Shown here piece after piece: positions 24,372 to 34,996 of a DNA stretch of 64,000 bases (its first letter is position 1; every line of letters starts with the position of its first letter). Both the position numbers and the translations under genes were made by a program. The stretch is from Eutreptiella sp. 'Long Island Sound 2002' (taxonomy: Eukaryota; Protista; Euglenida), in assembly GCA_964036045.1 (NCBI GenBank), contig OZ038378.1:170314001-170378000 (forward strand). The letters run 5' to 3'. The notes beneath the pieces were generated by a model, which was not told the DNA's origin, ran no database searches, and saw nothing but the letters and a program-made list of their open reading frames with translations.

Positions 24372-25169
24372 CTAATGTGAAACATTGTTTGCTTTTAACT
24401 CCGCCCCGCAAATAGAGGACTGCTGGTGGTGGGTTCCTAAAGCGCAGAGACGCATAGCGCTTGGGCGATCCCCAAATTTATACATCTGTATCATCAACCA
24501 CGACACATTGCTTGCCTCCAGGGAGCGCGTGCAAACACCACAGTAACTTGGAAGTCCAGAGCAAGTTATCGAAGCGCAAACCATGCAAGGGGCCAAAGAG
24601 CACACGTGGGACAAGGAGAATATCACACAGTGGGCGCAGTGTATGGAAAGCATCACCTGCCAAACGTTCACGTGGTCAGGAGGGAAGATCATCGGGAATC
24701 GTGTCACTGCGAGAATGTAGGCCGGCATGAAGAGCGACTGGGAATAACACCAATCCAGGATTGGCCGTTCCACACCCAGATCCAGTTGTTGAACTTCCCA
24801 TTCAAGATCGTCTTTGTCTTGAAGTCCGAGACCATAAAAGGTATACGCCATCACCAAAGACCGGACGGCGTAGGCGAAATTCGACCAGGCGACATCACAA
24901 AAATTGCAGGGGTTCGTGATCTTAAAAAGTAGTAGGCAATCGTGTCTCAAAATGGCCTTCTGGACAGGCAACTGTTGGTAATGGGTTCTGAAGATGGCCC
25001 GCAATTGTTGATCCCAAGCCTGGAACTGTTTTCTGTACTCAGGAGAACAAGGCCTCAAAAATTTCTGGATGGCTGAATCCAATGGCACAATGGCATCAAG
25101 CATTCTGCTGAAAAGATGCGAAACCTGTGCGCCGAATAAGATAGTCTGTGCAACTGATGACAAATGCAT
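24372..25169 (-). mobile_element. Non-LTR retrotransposon ORF2 C-terminal (post-RT) fragment, 265 aa
   Basis: TILFGAQVSHLFSRMLDAIVPLDSAIQKFLR and LPVQKAILRHDCLLLFKITN resemble the LlYGaevW..Le..q.kflr and rR..dl..lyKi.n motifs after LINE RT. Cys-rich tail (CAHC, CMVC, CGVC). No RT core seen. Confidence 0.5.
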
Positions 25170-26579
25170 GCCACATCACATGAAACACATACATGCATAT
25201 GAGCCCTGGGGTTTCACCTGAGCCATGGGTGGGGGATGGGGTTGGGGGAGGTCCATAGCATAAAATTCCAAATCTTCGGGTGCAATCCAATGCTCAGTGA
25301 TTGGCTTAGGGTTGGGGGGGCGTATCTGCACCGCGTGCTACTTTTGCGGCGGGTTTACCCGGAATAGGTTGGCTTTTACCCCCTTACAAAATGCCCCCTA
25401 AGGAGAGCAAACCCTTGGGTACAAGAGCATCCCTCCATCTTGTCCTATCCGGCGCCTCCCAAAATGAGAATACAGAAGATGGCCCCTTGGTGGATTGTCG
25501 ACTTTTCCTACCCTTGTCCAAATAGCGGAGGGAAATTATAGCTCTTGCAGCCTAGCCACCACTTAATCTACACTTAATCTACAGCTGCTTGGTCGGGCCA
25601 GACGGCGAAATCCCCGTGCCGCACACGCGCCGCGTCAGGCACTCCCCTGGGACCCATGCTACATCACCACTGAACCCCACCCCACTTCTACTCATTTCAC
25701 TCCACTGTACTTTACACCACTCACCAAACCCTACTCCACACTACCCAGTCCTGAGTGGATCCACCCACCCACACCAGAAAAAGGTTTGGCAGCGCAAACC
25801 TGGAATCCACGACAAAGACCGTCTTTAGGTGCAAACAGTGTCTCGGGGTCTCGGGACTATAAGGGAACAGCGATGGAAAATACACCTCATCAGTCCATCA
25901 ATCAAGCCACGGTCTTTCATACTGTATGGGCCGTATTGTCAAATGAGGTCACATAAAGCCTCTTTTTCCCTCTCTTTGTTGTGCACCACACTGTCATGTG
26001 AATGTCTCTAGTGCCGTTAGGGCAGTGTCAGGGAAGCTGAGGATCCGAGTACCTTCTAACGTGTGGGCCCAGGGCTCAAACATGACTCTAGGAGCAGTGC
26101 AAAAGGCTCCGTTGCAGAGTTGGAAAGGCGCACTTGTGGATGCTTTCCTCCGACATCGAATTACTTCCCTACACTGCGCTGCCAGCCCTTGCACTACAGT
26201 GCCGTGCTTTGCAGAGGTCCTGCACCATCATGCAACTTGGTACCGATGCCCTGTCATTGAGCAGCGACCGTATGTATTCTAAGCAATTCCATGTGGACTG
26301 GTCAACGGTTAGTGACCAGTCAGAATGGCACTTGGTGGTGGAAATTTGCCACTGCACTTCAGCTGCCCGACTCCACTACGGGCTCGTCAGTTTCGCGTCC
26401 ATGTGCTGGGACGATGCTGTCCCCTATGTGTTGCGCTGGCGTTGCTGCGGAGGCTGCGCGTGTTGAGCGCCAGTCAGATCCTCAGCCTTCTTGCTCTTCT
26501 TGTTGGCACCAGGGGCAGAGTGAGCCACACACTCAAACACACAGCACTACCGCCCTCCCACCCACCCACTGACACAACA

Positions 26580-27170
26580 CGGAGGTGGGATTGGTTGCAA
26601 ACTCAAGGTGGGACCAGAGGTGGACTGGAGGTGGTATTGGTGGTGAATTTGAGGTGCATTTGGAGGTAGACTGGAGGTGGGATCGGAGGTCGACTGTTGG
26701 ATTTGTTTTGTGTGGTTGGGGGTGGGGGTGGGGGGGGGGGGGCTGGTCTGGAAGTGAGACAGCAGACTGGTGGTCCTGCGTGAGGTGGACTGTTGGTGGG
26801 ATTGGAGGTGGACTGGTGGCAGGTTTAGAGGTTGAATTGGCGGTCCAGAGGAGGTGAGATTCGCAGCAAACTGGTGGTACTACGTGAGGTGGACTGGTGG
26901 TGGGATTGGAGGTGGACTGGTGTGGTGGTGGGATTGAAATGGGACAAGAGGTGAGTATGGTGGCAAACTGGAGGAGGGGTTGGACGTCTACTGCAGGTGG
27001 GATCAGAGGTGGACGGAGGTGAAATTGGAGGTGGACTGGAGGTGGGTTTGCAGGTGGACTGGAAGTAGGACTGTAGAAGGACTTGAAGGAGGTGAAATTC
27101 GGGGACGACTGGTGCTGTAATTGGGATTGGAGTGATAAACTGGAGGTGGTATTGGAGGTAGATATGGTAG
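26580..27170. repeat. Degenerate purine-rich minisatellite (ggtggactggag-like)
   Basis: Repeated ggtggactgg/gaggtgg motifs, giving low-complexity ORFs on both strands. Confidence 0.8.
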
Positions 27171-27381
27171 ACTGGGTTGCGCACCTGGTGCTGGACTTGT
27201 GCTTGTACTCGGAGTGCTGTACGATGTTGTGTCCCACAAAAATGACAAGCGAAGGAAATTCTTTGCAGTTTGGCTCAGGTTAGTCTGCACATGTTGAGCT
27301 TTGGCTTTGGCTTCGTGTAAGACTGGGAGTCTTTGGGGCGATGTTCGCCGGACGTGTTTTATTTGTATAAAGTCGACTAGC

Positions 27382-27658
27382 TCTGGCCCCAAATTTATCC
27401 CTATCTAGGGAAATCCCCCAAGTAGACCGCATTGGACCGCAAACCTTCCTTGCAAAGCACATTGCATAAGCCGAAATATGAGAATTCAACAACACAAAAT
27501 GTCACTCAGAATGTGCTTAACAAATAATATTATTCCCACAAGTATGGGTGTCAATGCATTTGGAACAATAGTGCTCCTTACACTCACCACAAACTGTGAT
27601 GGTGAAGCGCTTGTGCTCTCTCGTCATGTGTGGCGGCCGAGTTGCTCTTGTCCGTCCA
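27382..27658. repeat. Dispersed duplication, copy 1 (copy 2 at 29711-30126)
   Basis: About 275 bp of near identity, from tctggccccaaatt to gagttgctcttgtccgtcca. Confidence 0.9.
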
Positions 27659-29710
27659 AACATGAGGGGAAACATGGTCCATGGTCACCCAGGAGGGTGG
27701 CGGACCTGCCTCCGAATGCAAAACTGAGGCGGGGGGACTTCTTGATGGGGATGGTGGGGGGGGAGGGTCCAAATTGGGAATACCGAATGAGATGGAGCCT
27801 ATGGGCAAAGATGGTTGACTACCCATCTTGGTAATACTCCAACTCCACATGCCCATCGTCTAAACGGGCAACCACTTTCGCGGGTACGCGAAGCCCAGTT
27901 GACCTAGTGTAGAACACCTTGTCCCCAGGCTCAAACCCATGATGAATAAGAGAAGAGGTCTGAGGACACAGTGGGCAAAAATTGATCTCCCGCAGCGGAC
28001 ACCCTGAAATGTATCACCACATACCTGGACCGGGGAGTCCGTTTCACAAATGTGAGACCAAGCATAGTTCAAAAGTAGTTCCAAAGCACACATCATTGCC
28101 TACCACACCCACATTATATGACAAAGCTGCCACAACAGGTTGACCACAATTGGCCCGGTTTCCTGTCGGTACTGAAACCACCGAAGCATAGGTCGGGACG
28201 GTCTTGGGTTCCCTGAAGGTACTTCCTTAACACTTGTCCATAGAAGCGCACGGCATACGTACTTCGGCTTCCTTTGTCACTCAAGAGTGGCTGCTTAACC
28301 CCTGCCGTCTCGGGGGCCAACGTGTGGGCGGAATGGCTACATAACCCTTGCCTTCTTGGGGCTCCCCAATAGAAGGGGACAAAATCACAAGGCATGACCG
28401 CACGTCGGGCGCACTAACACCCCTCCTTTGATCTCCACTAAACCAAAGGTCTGCACTTTGGTTGGAGGGCTCCACTGCCAAAATCACGTTTGCCCCCTTG
28501 AGAAAATAAGTGCAAGGTTTCACCATCAGCATAGTGAGGGCACATTACGTCACTTGATAACGTTGTTAGCAAGACCATGAATCTAGGAAAGCACCTTGAA
28601 GCAAACGTGCTGCCCTACGCATTTTGTGGTTGATCCAAGATTTCTCTTAGCTCAGAACCACTCGCCTTGGCATGCACCTTGTGAAACAATTTGTTTTGCT
28701 TTGTACAAGGGGGAGTATCTGCGCCGCGCACGCACCGCGCGCTACTTTTCCAACGTGTTTACCCGTAAGGGGCTGGCTTTGACACACCTCCCAAAATGGC
28801 CCCTAAGGAGAGATAACCCTTGGGCACCACACGCCGGGGCTAAGCTTTGAGGGCGGGATCTTCAAAGAGCAACAAACAACATTTGTATAGCGCCCCGTCT
28901 CGCACGATCTGGCGCTCAAAGCATGGACAGTTTGATGGAACAACCTAGTGCAGTAGTTCAACTCAAGAGTATCGCGGACTAGGCTCAAAACCCCTAGACA
29001 AGGGGCCCTTGGGCCAGAAGCTGCAACTGCTTGGTCAAGCCAACCGCGAAATCTCCGCGCCGCGTTACGTGCTCCTCCCAAGTGACCCCCGTTCCGTGAC
29101 TTCCCTGCACACATGAAAACTCCTTCAGTACAATGCAGCTATCTCTTGCCACCCTCATACAGCTCTTTCCGCAACACGCACTTGTCACAACCACTAGCCT
29201 ACACCTTGTGAAACAATTTGTTCAAATTTTAGCATTGCGATTTGCCCTTTGGCATCATTGTGCCTCCAACGAAGAGATAAACCAAACTGCCTTCATTTCC
29301 AAACATCATGTGGAAAACACAAGCAAAGGTCAACAGCAACAAGGCTTTCACAACACAGTTTGTGAACCACTCGGTGCACATCTGCGCAAATTGGTGCAAT
29401 TGGCACATACCGCCGCATATCAACCACCCTAAGCACCATTGACCGCCAACCACCATCGCTTAAGTGACAACCATCAGTGGTTAAACGCCGGTTGCCAAGC
29501 CAGGTATTTGGTCTTTCCTCAAATTAAAAAACCTTGACACTTCTGCAATTCCCTGCCTCACACACACGTAGAATACGGCCGGCGGTACCGTAAATCCAAT
29601 GCAGCACGGCTTGGGCTGTGTTATAGCCGGGGACGGGGTACAACGACATAGCGAATGGGGGGATGTTTGCCCAGCGCGCACCCGGTGCGCTTTGTATTAA
29701 ATATCCCGAG

Positions 29711-30126
29711 TCTGGCCCCAAATTCATCCCTATCTAGGGAAATCCCCCAAGTAGACCGCATTGGACCGCAAACCTTCCTTGCAAAGCACATTGCATAAGC
29801 CGAAATATGGAAGGAAATCATATTAAGGAGCAATAGTCCATGGGGCTTCCACCCATTCCAGCCCCCAAACTCACCCAAGGGGCAAGTCGCGCGGGTTTTT
29901 GCATAAGCCGAAATATGAGAATTCAACAACACAAAATGTCACTCAGAATGTGCTTAACAAATAATATTATTCCCACAAGTATGGGTGTCAATGCATTTGG
30001 AACAATAGTGCTCCTTACACTCACCACAAACTGTGATGGTGGAGCGCTTGTGACAACACAACACACACACTTCTACCTCATCCTCTCCCTCGTCGTGTGT
30101 GGCGGCCGAGTTGCTCTTGTCCGTCC
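29711..30126. repeat. Dispersed duplication, copy 2, with two extra inserts
   Basis: Matches 27382-27658, plus an 89-bp insert between 19-bp direct repeats and a insert of about 30 bp rich in CA. Confidence 0.9.
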
Positions 30127-31066
30127 ATAGGTGGGCGGATTGGCTACATAACCCCCGCCTTCTCGGAGGGTGCCCAATAGAAGGGGACCAAATCAGAAGT
30201 GGCTACATCACCCCTACCTTCTTGGGGGCACGTTGTTTCGTGAGGGGGGGCAACAACAGGCACGGGTGGGGAATGGTAAAAAAAAAAAATGTCCGGCGCA
30301 CACCCGGCCCACTAACACTCCCCCAATAACCACTTGGGTGGTAACCGGGAGGATGGGTTTCTGACCCCCTGGTTGTCCTGAGTTGTTGAAGAGGGAATTT
30401 TCTGGGGGGAAATGCCATACAATGGCAGCTTCGAAAGGGATGTGAATGTGCCGCCTAACAAAGTTTGCAGTCAAGGCTAGGACCCGAGCCTATGGGGAAC
30501 CCCTTCTCTTACAATTAGGCCTCTAGGGAATCCCTTTCTTGCAGTTGGGCCTCCTAGCTAGCCTAGTCTGGTGGCTCAGGCTTTGCTACCTCCAGGTTAC
30601 AGGGACACGCTACCTAGCTGGCCCACCCACAACTGCTAACACACAGTGGTAGCCACAGTGCCCAGCACGACTGAGCAGGGCCTACACTCCTTGACTGCCG
30701 GAAGGCACAAGTGGTGGTATAGCTCTGTGGGCAAAGCCTGAATACTCACAGCTTAAGGCACACTTGGGGCAGATAGAGGGATCCCAAGGCACTCTGAGTG
30801 CAACCCTAACGTGGGGACAAACCGGGGAGAGATCCAAGGTTACGGCGTTGCTGCCCTGGTGGTCTTGGGAGCTGCAAGGGCACTACCGGGGGGGGGGGAT
30901 TTCTTTTTTTTTTGTACCATTCCCCACCCCTGCCTGTTTTTGCCCCGCTCACCAAACAATGTGCCCCCAAGAAGGCAAGGGTGATGCACCCACTTCTGAT
31001 TTTATCCTCTTATATTCGGGACCCCCGAGAAGGCAGGGGTTATGTAGCCAATCCGCCCACCTATGG
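30125..31066. mobile_element. Foldback/MITE-like element with about 170-bp imperfect inverted arms
   Basis: 30125-30295 (ccataggtgggcggattggctacataacccc...ggggaatggtaaaaaaa) is the reverse complement of about 30898-31066. Related subrepeats lie at about 28320-28390 and 31067-31110. Confidence 0.65.
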
Positions 31067-33664
31067 GCCCCCGAGAAGGCAAGGGTGATGCACCCACTTC
31101 TGATTTTGTACCCGTGTGGGGGAAAATATGAATCTATTAATTCAATTCTGGCACGACAAAATCTGTGCCACTTCTTAAAAATGAGCAAACAAATTATGTA
31201 TGGTTCCCAACAATTGCTCATGAGAAACAGTGGGCGCTTGCAATGCCTAGAGTATACCTGCACAAATCCTTAAATGTGAGGGCCAAGCATATCACTGCCG
31301 TACCAAATGCACACTCCCTCCCCCAACCACGCCCCCTGCGCCCCATACAGCCCCACCTGCCACATGCACACCATTCGCTGCACAAGTAACAGACAGGGCC
31401 GGAAGTGCCGAAGTAGCACGACTTTGGTGATACGGAGGTAGAGCAGGTCATGACCCCCGTCCCTGCCTTGCCTCTAACCTACCAACTGCCGCCACCTCCC
31501 CCCCCCCCCCCCCTCCAGAGAAACCAGTGTGGTACCGGGGGGCAGGGGATTATGCGAGCTAGAATTTCTGCAATTCAAATTCTGTGCGAAATGTTTGTAC
31601 GCAATTTGTTCCTTTGGACGTCACAACAAAGCACAGCACAAAGCACAGCATCCCCCTCCTGAAACCCTGCCTCCACAAGCCATAACATGGAACAACAATG
31701 GACGGATGTCCACAACATTGTGAATCCTTGTCCAGAACCGGAAGAAATATGAGGCAAGGAAAATTTGGAATGATGCGATAAAATGCATCAAAGGACCTGT
31801 GCCTGCGAGGTCCAGACTCGGACCCAGGAGGGACAGACGAGATGAATGCCAATCAATCCTGCGCCTCACACAAAGCGTGACTGGCGGGGCCGGTTGCTCA
31901 TTAGATTTAGGCAAGGGTGATACTGCTTGTGCACCAAAGCGGGAAGAAAGGAGAGACACATTGCATCAAAAGACCGCAATAATAAGAAGACTAGGGACAA
32001 GAAACCCTTGGACTCTTGGCCCTGCTTGAGTGTGAATCGGCCACCACTTGCTAACCCAAAGACAAATGCAAAGAATCCTAATTCTTACGTCTACAGGATG
32101 CGATTTCTGCCTGGAGTTACACAAACAGGGCACACGGTTCTGCTTTCCTCAATCACTCTAGGGGGTCAAAAGGGCCACCTGCACCCCTGGTGGTGCTGAT
32201 TTGTGAACGGAAACCTTGCTCTCCCCCCAAAACGCACTTCATGGTACTGAGTACACGGAACAGCGCACTTCAGGGTACAGAACGGATGTAACAAAGCACT
32301 TCTTGGGAGCATACTTGTACAAGACATATGCAAGTCTGTGTACCACTGTACCCTAAGGGTTTTCAACATCAGGCTTCTTTTTGTCCATTTACCACCCCAA
32401 AATAGGGGTTTGTGAGGGGACTTTAGCCTCCTCAGAACCACAGGGAGTAATGCGTCAGTACACATCACAGATGTGCAGTGCACATGCATACACATGTGTT
32501 GCGCAGTAATCACATCGTACACATGTGTCAGTGCACAGGTAGTATGATATACGCACGACACTATGTACAGTGAACAATATACACATGGCATCGGATCAAG
32601 GGTGGGCACGTGGGGCTAGCCATAGGCCTATTTGGACCGTCCAATGGCCGTGGAAAATTCAAGATGTGGCAGTGGCAATTCATGCTGAGCTGTTGCAGCT
32701 GTCCAGTTCTACCGTGCGTTGCGGTTGCCCGTTGCACAGGACGGCTACATTGCTTTTTGCCCCAATCTATTTTTGAAGAAGAAAAAAGTCCCATGGCCCC
32801 ATGGCCCAATCTCAAACTGTGGCGCAACTGTCCTCTCTTGTTCGACGCATGGTACTTTCACAGCTGCAACCCGCTGTTTCACCTCAGCACAGTGGGCACC
32901 GGCGGTGGAGGGCCGGTAGCCGCCGGCGCCCACTGTCGCGGGGTACTGGCCAACCGCCGACCCCGGGGGCAATATTTTTGGTATAAAAGCCAAAAAGCAA
33001 CCCTGTTAAAAGAAAACAACGTCATAGCTCAGGCAAAATCATTGGAGTTGGGGAACTGGACAGGGGATGTGAGTTGTCGCCACTGATACCACATGCTGTC
33101 GTATATATGGTGCACAGGAATTTAGTGGAGCCGGCATACCTCTGAAGTCTGCATTGGGTGCAAACAAGTACAAGGGACTGGGAAAGGGGCAGGGGAAATG
33201 CGGCACACAACAAGAGGGGGGGGGGTTCATAGGGATTCACAGGGCTTCTGTCTGCAACAGGACAACCCAAAAATTCATGTTCAAACTCACGGACTGTGAA
33301 ACAAACAATCCATGACTCCAGGGCCGATACACCCCTCATTCAGAGGGGGCAACAACACGGAACGCCCTTTGTGGCGAAACACATCCTCCCCGTGCCAAAG
33401 GGGGAAGGATTTGCCTCGCTGTTTGACACAAAAATCCCCGCGGAAAAGAGGGTTTTGCCCCGAAAGCGCCAAATGAGAAGAGCCAAAACATTTTGTGTGA
33501 AGACACATTGTGTGGCCGGTCAACCGATGGGAGTGAAGGGTAAACTAATGGTGGGTGGCCGGTACCGGGCCAGAACTGCAACATGACTGCATGGCCGCCC
33601 AGCACCCTGATCAATCCCAGCGACAGCCGTGCTCAGTGCTCAGGCTAAAAGATGTTGTTAAGAC

Positions 33665-33677
33665 CAACAACAACAAT

Positions 33678-33708
<31 letters not shown>

Positions 33709-33730
33709 CAACAACAACAACAACAACAAC

Positions 33731-33792
<62 letters not shown>
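33665..33792. repeat. (CAA)n microsatellite
   Basis: Direct reading. Confidence 0.98.
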
Positions 33793-33798
<6 letters not shown>

Positions 33799-34290
33799 AC
33801 TCCGTTGCACCCCCACCCGGCCAGTAAGTGCTGGTGGTCTGGCACCGAGGGACCCTTAAGGCACAGTGTACAGCACGCTGGACAGTTGTTGACCGATGGC
33901 GGATGGCGAGTAAGCCACGGCGGTTAACGGTTAACCGATGGCTGGTGGCGCTTAACCGTCGTCGGTGGGCGGTTGACCAACGGTTATTGCGTGAATGACG
34001 AGGATTGACCGAGCTGGGCGGCAGAAGAAGGGGAGGGGGTATGGGAAGAAGAGAATGAGGCACAGGCGGATTACTGCTGCACTTGCGGTTGTGCTCTCAG
34101 GCCTGCGCTTGGGTCGTCGAAATAGATGTGATGGAGCACAACACAAGAGAAATGTCACAATGAACGAGGTGCTTCATCTTTATTTTGGCGCAGACATACA
34201 TATGCTGCTTCAGTTCTGGGCGACAGGGAGCGAGAGAAATCAGACCCGCCCCTGTTCCTTGTGGAGGATGGAAACGGCGCGCGTTGAAGG

Positions 34291-34362
34291 TGGACGAGCT
34301 GGGCATCGATCCCAAGACCTCCTGCAAGCTGAACGTGCGCTCTACTACTGAGCGACACGCCC
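34291..34362 (-). pseudogene. tRNA-Ala(AGC)-derived pseudogene or SINE head
   Basis: Minus strand reads GGGCGTGTCGCTCAGTAGTAGAGCGCACGTTCAGCTTGCAGGAGGTCTTGGGATCGATGCCCAGCTCGTCCA. It has the G3:U70 Ala identity pair, an AGC anticodon and an ATCGA T-loop. The anticodon stem is mispaired and the D-loop GG is mutated. Confidence 0.75.
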
Positions 34363-34559
34363 ATCTCGATACAGTGCGGCGGTATCAAAGGCATATCACC
34401 CGCTCTTGCACAAGTCCAGGTCTTCCTATGATCCCAGTCCACATGCAAGCACCGGTACCACTTCAGCTGCCCCCTCCCCGTGGCGGTTACTGCCCTGGTC
34501 CGTCTCACAATACCATCCGTACTTCAGGGTCCCTCATTGCAACGTCCAGCAGCGAATTG

Positions 34560-34988
34560 TTAACAAAATAAAAGGCACTGCCCCAGGGCCATGCGGCAGG
34601 GCCCTCTCCAAGCCCACGCCCAGTTCGGCCAGCCCATCCTTGAACAGCCGCCGTGGCATTCTGCTGCGCTACCGTCACTGCCAGGGCAGTCCCTGACAGC
34701 AAGAGAAGAACAAAACTTGTGGTGTCCAGTTCTCGAAGCCAGGCAGCTGCAGCGGAAACCACGGCGGTTGGAGAACCCGCGGACTTGCGGGTAACCGACG
34801 GCGGCTGCAAAATAGCCGAGGCGCAAAGGAATCGACGGCGGTTGGAGGGCAACCTACGGCGGCTGCAGGGTAACCGAGGGCGGTTGCAATGTAGCCGACG
34901 GTGGTTGTAGGGTAACCGACAGCCCCCAGTTGAGGGTCGCCGACAGTCCCCAGTTGAGGGTCGCCGACAGCGGTTGGATGGGAACTAG
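34560..34988. repeat. Repeat-family copy (cggcggttgg subrepeats) immediately downstream of the Hog gene
   Basis: Contains gtcactgccagggcagtccc (34674-34693), an exact inverted match to 38289-38308. Confidence 0.75.
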
Positions 34989-34996
34989 GCCGGTCC

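Noticed and set aside
26533-27237. 234-aa Pro/Ser/Thr-rich ORF
   Set aside because: It is the translation of a degenerate minisatellite, with no domain or splice support.
33555-34063. Poly-Q/N/C/L ORFs
   Set aside because: Artefacts of the (CAA)n microsatellite.
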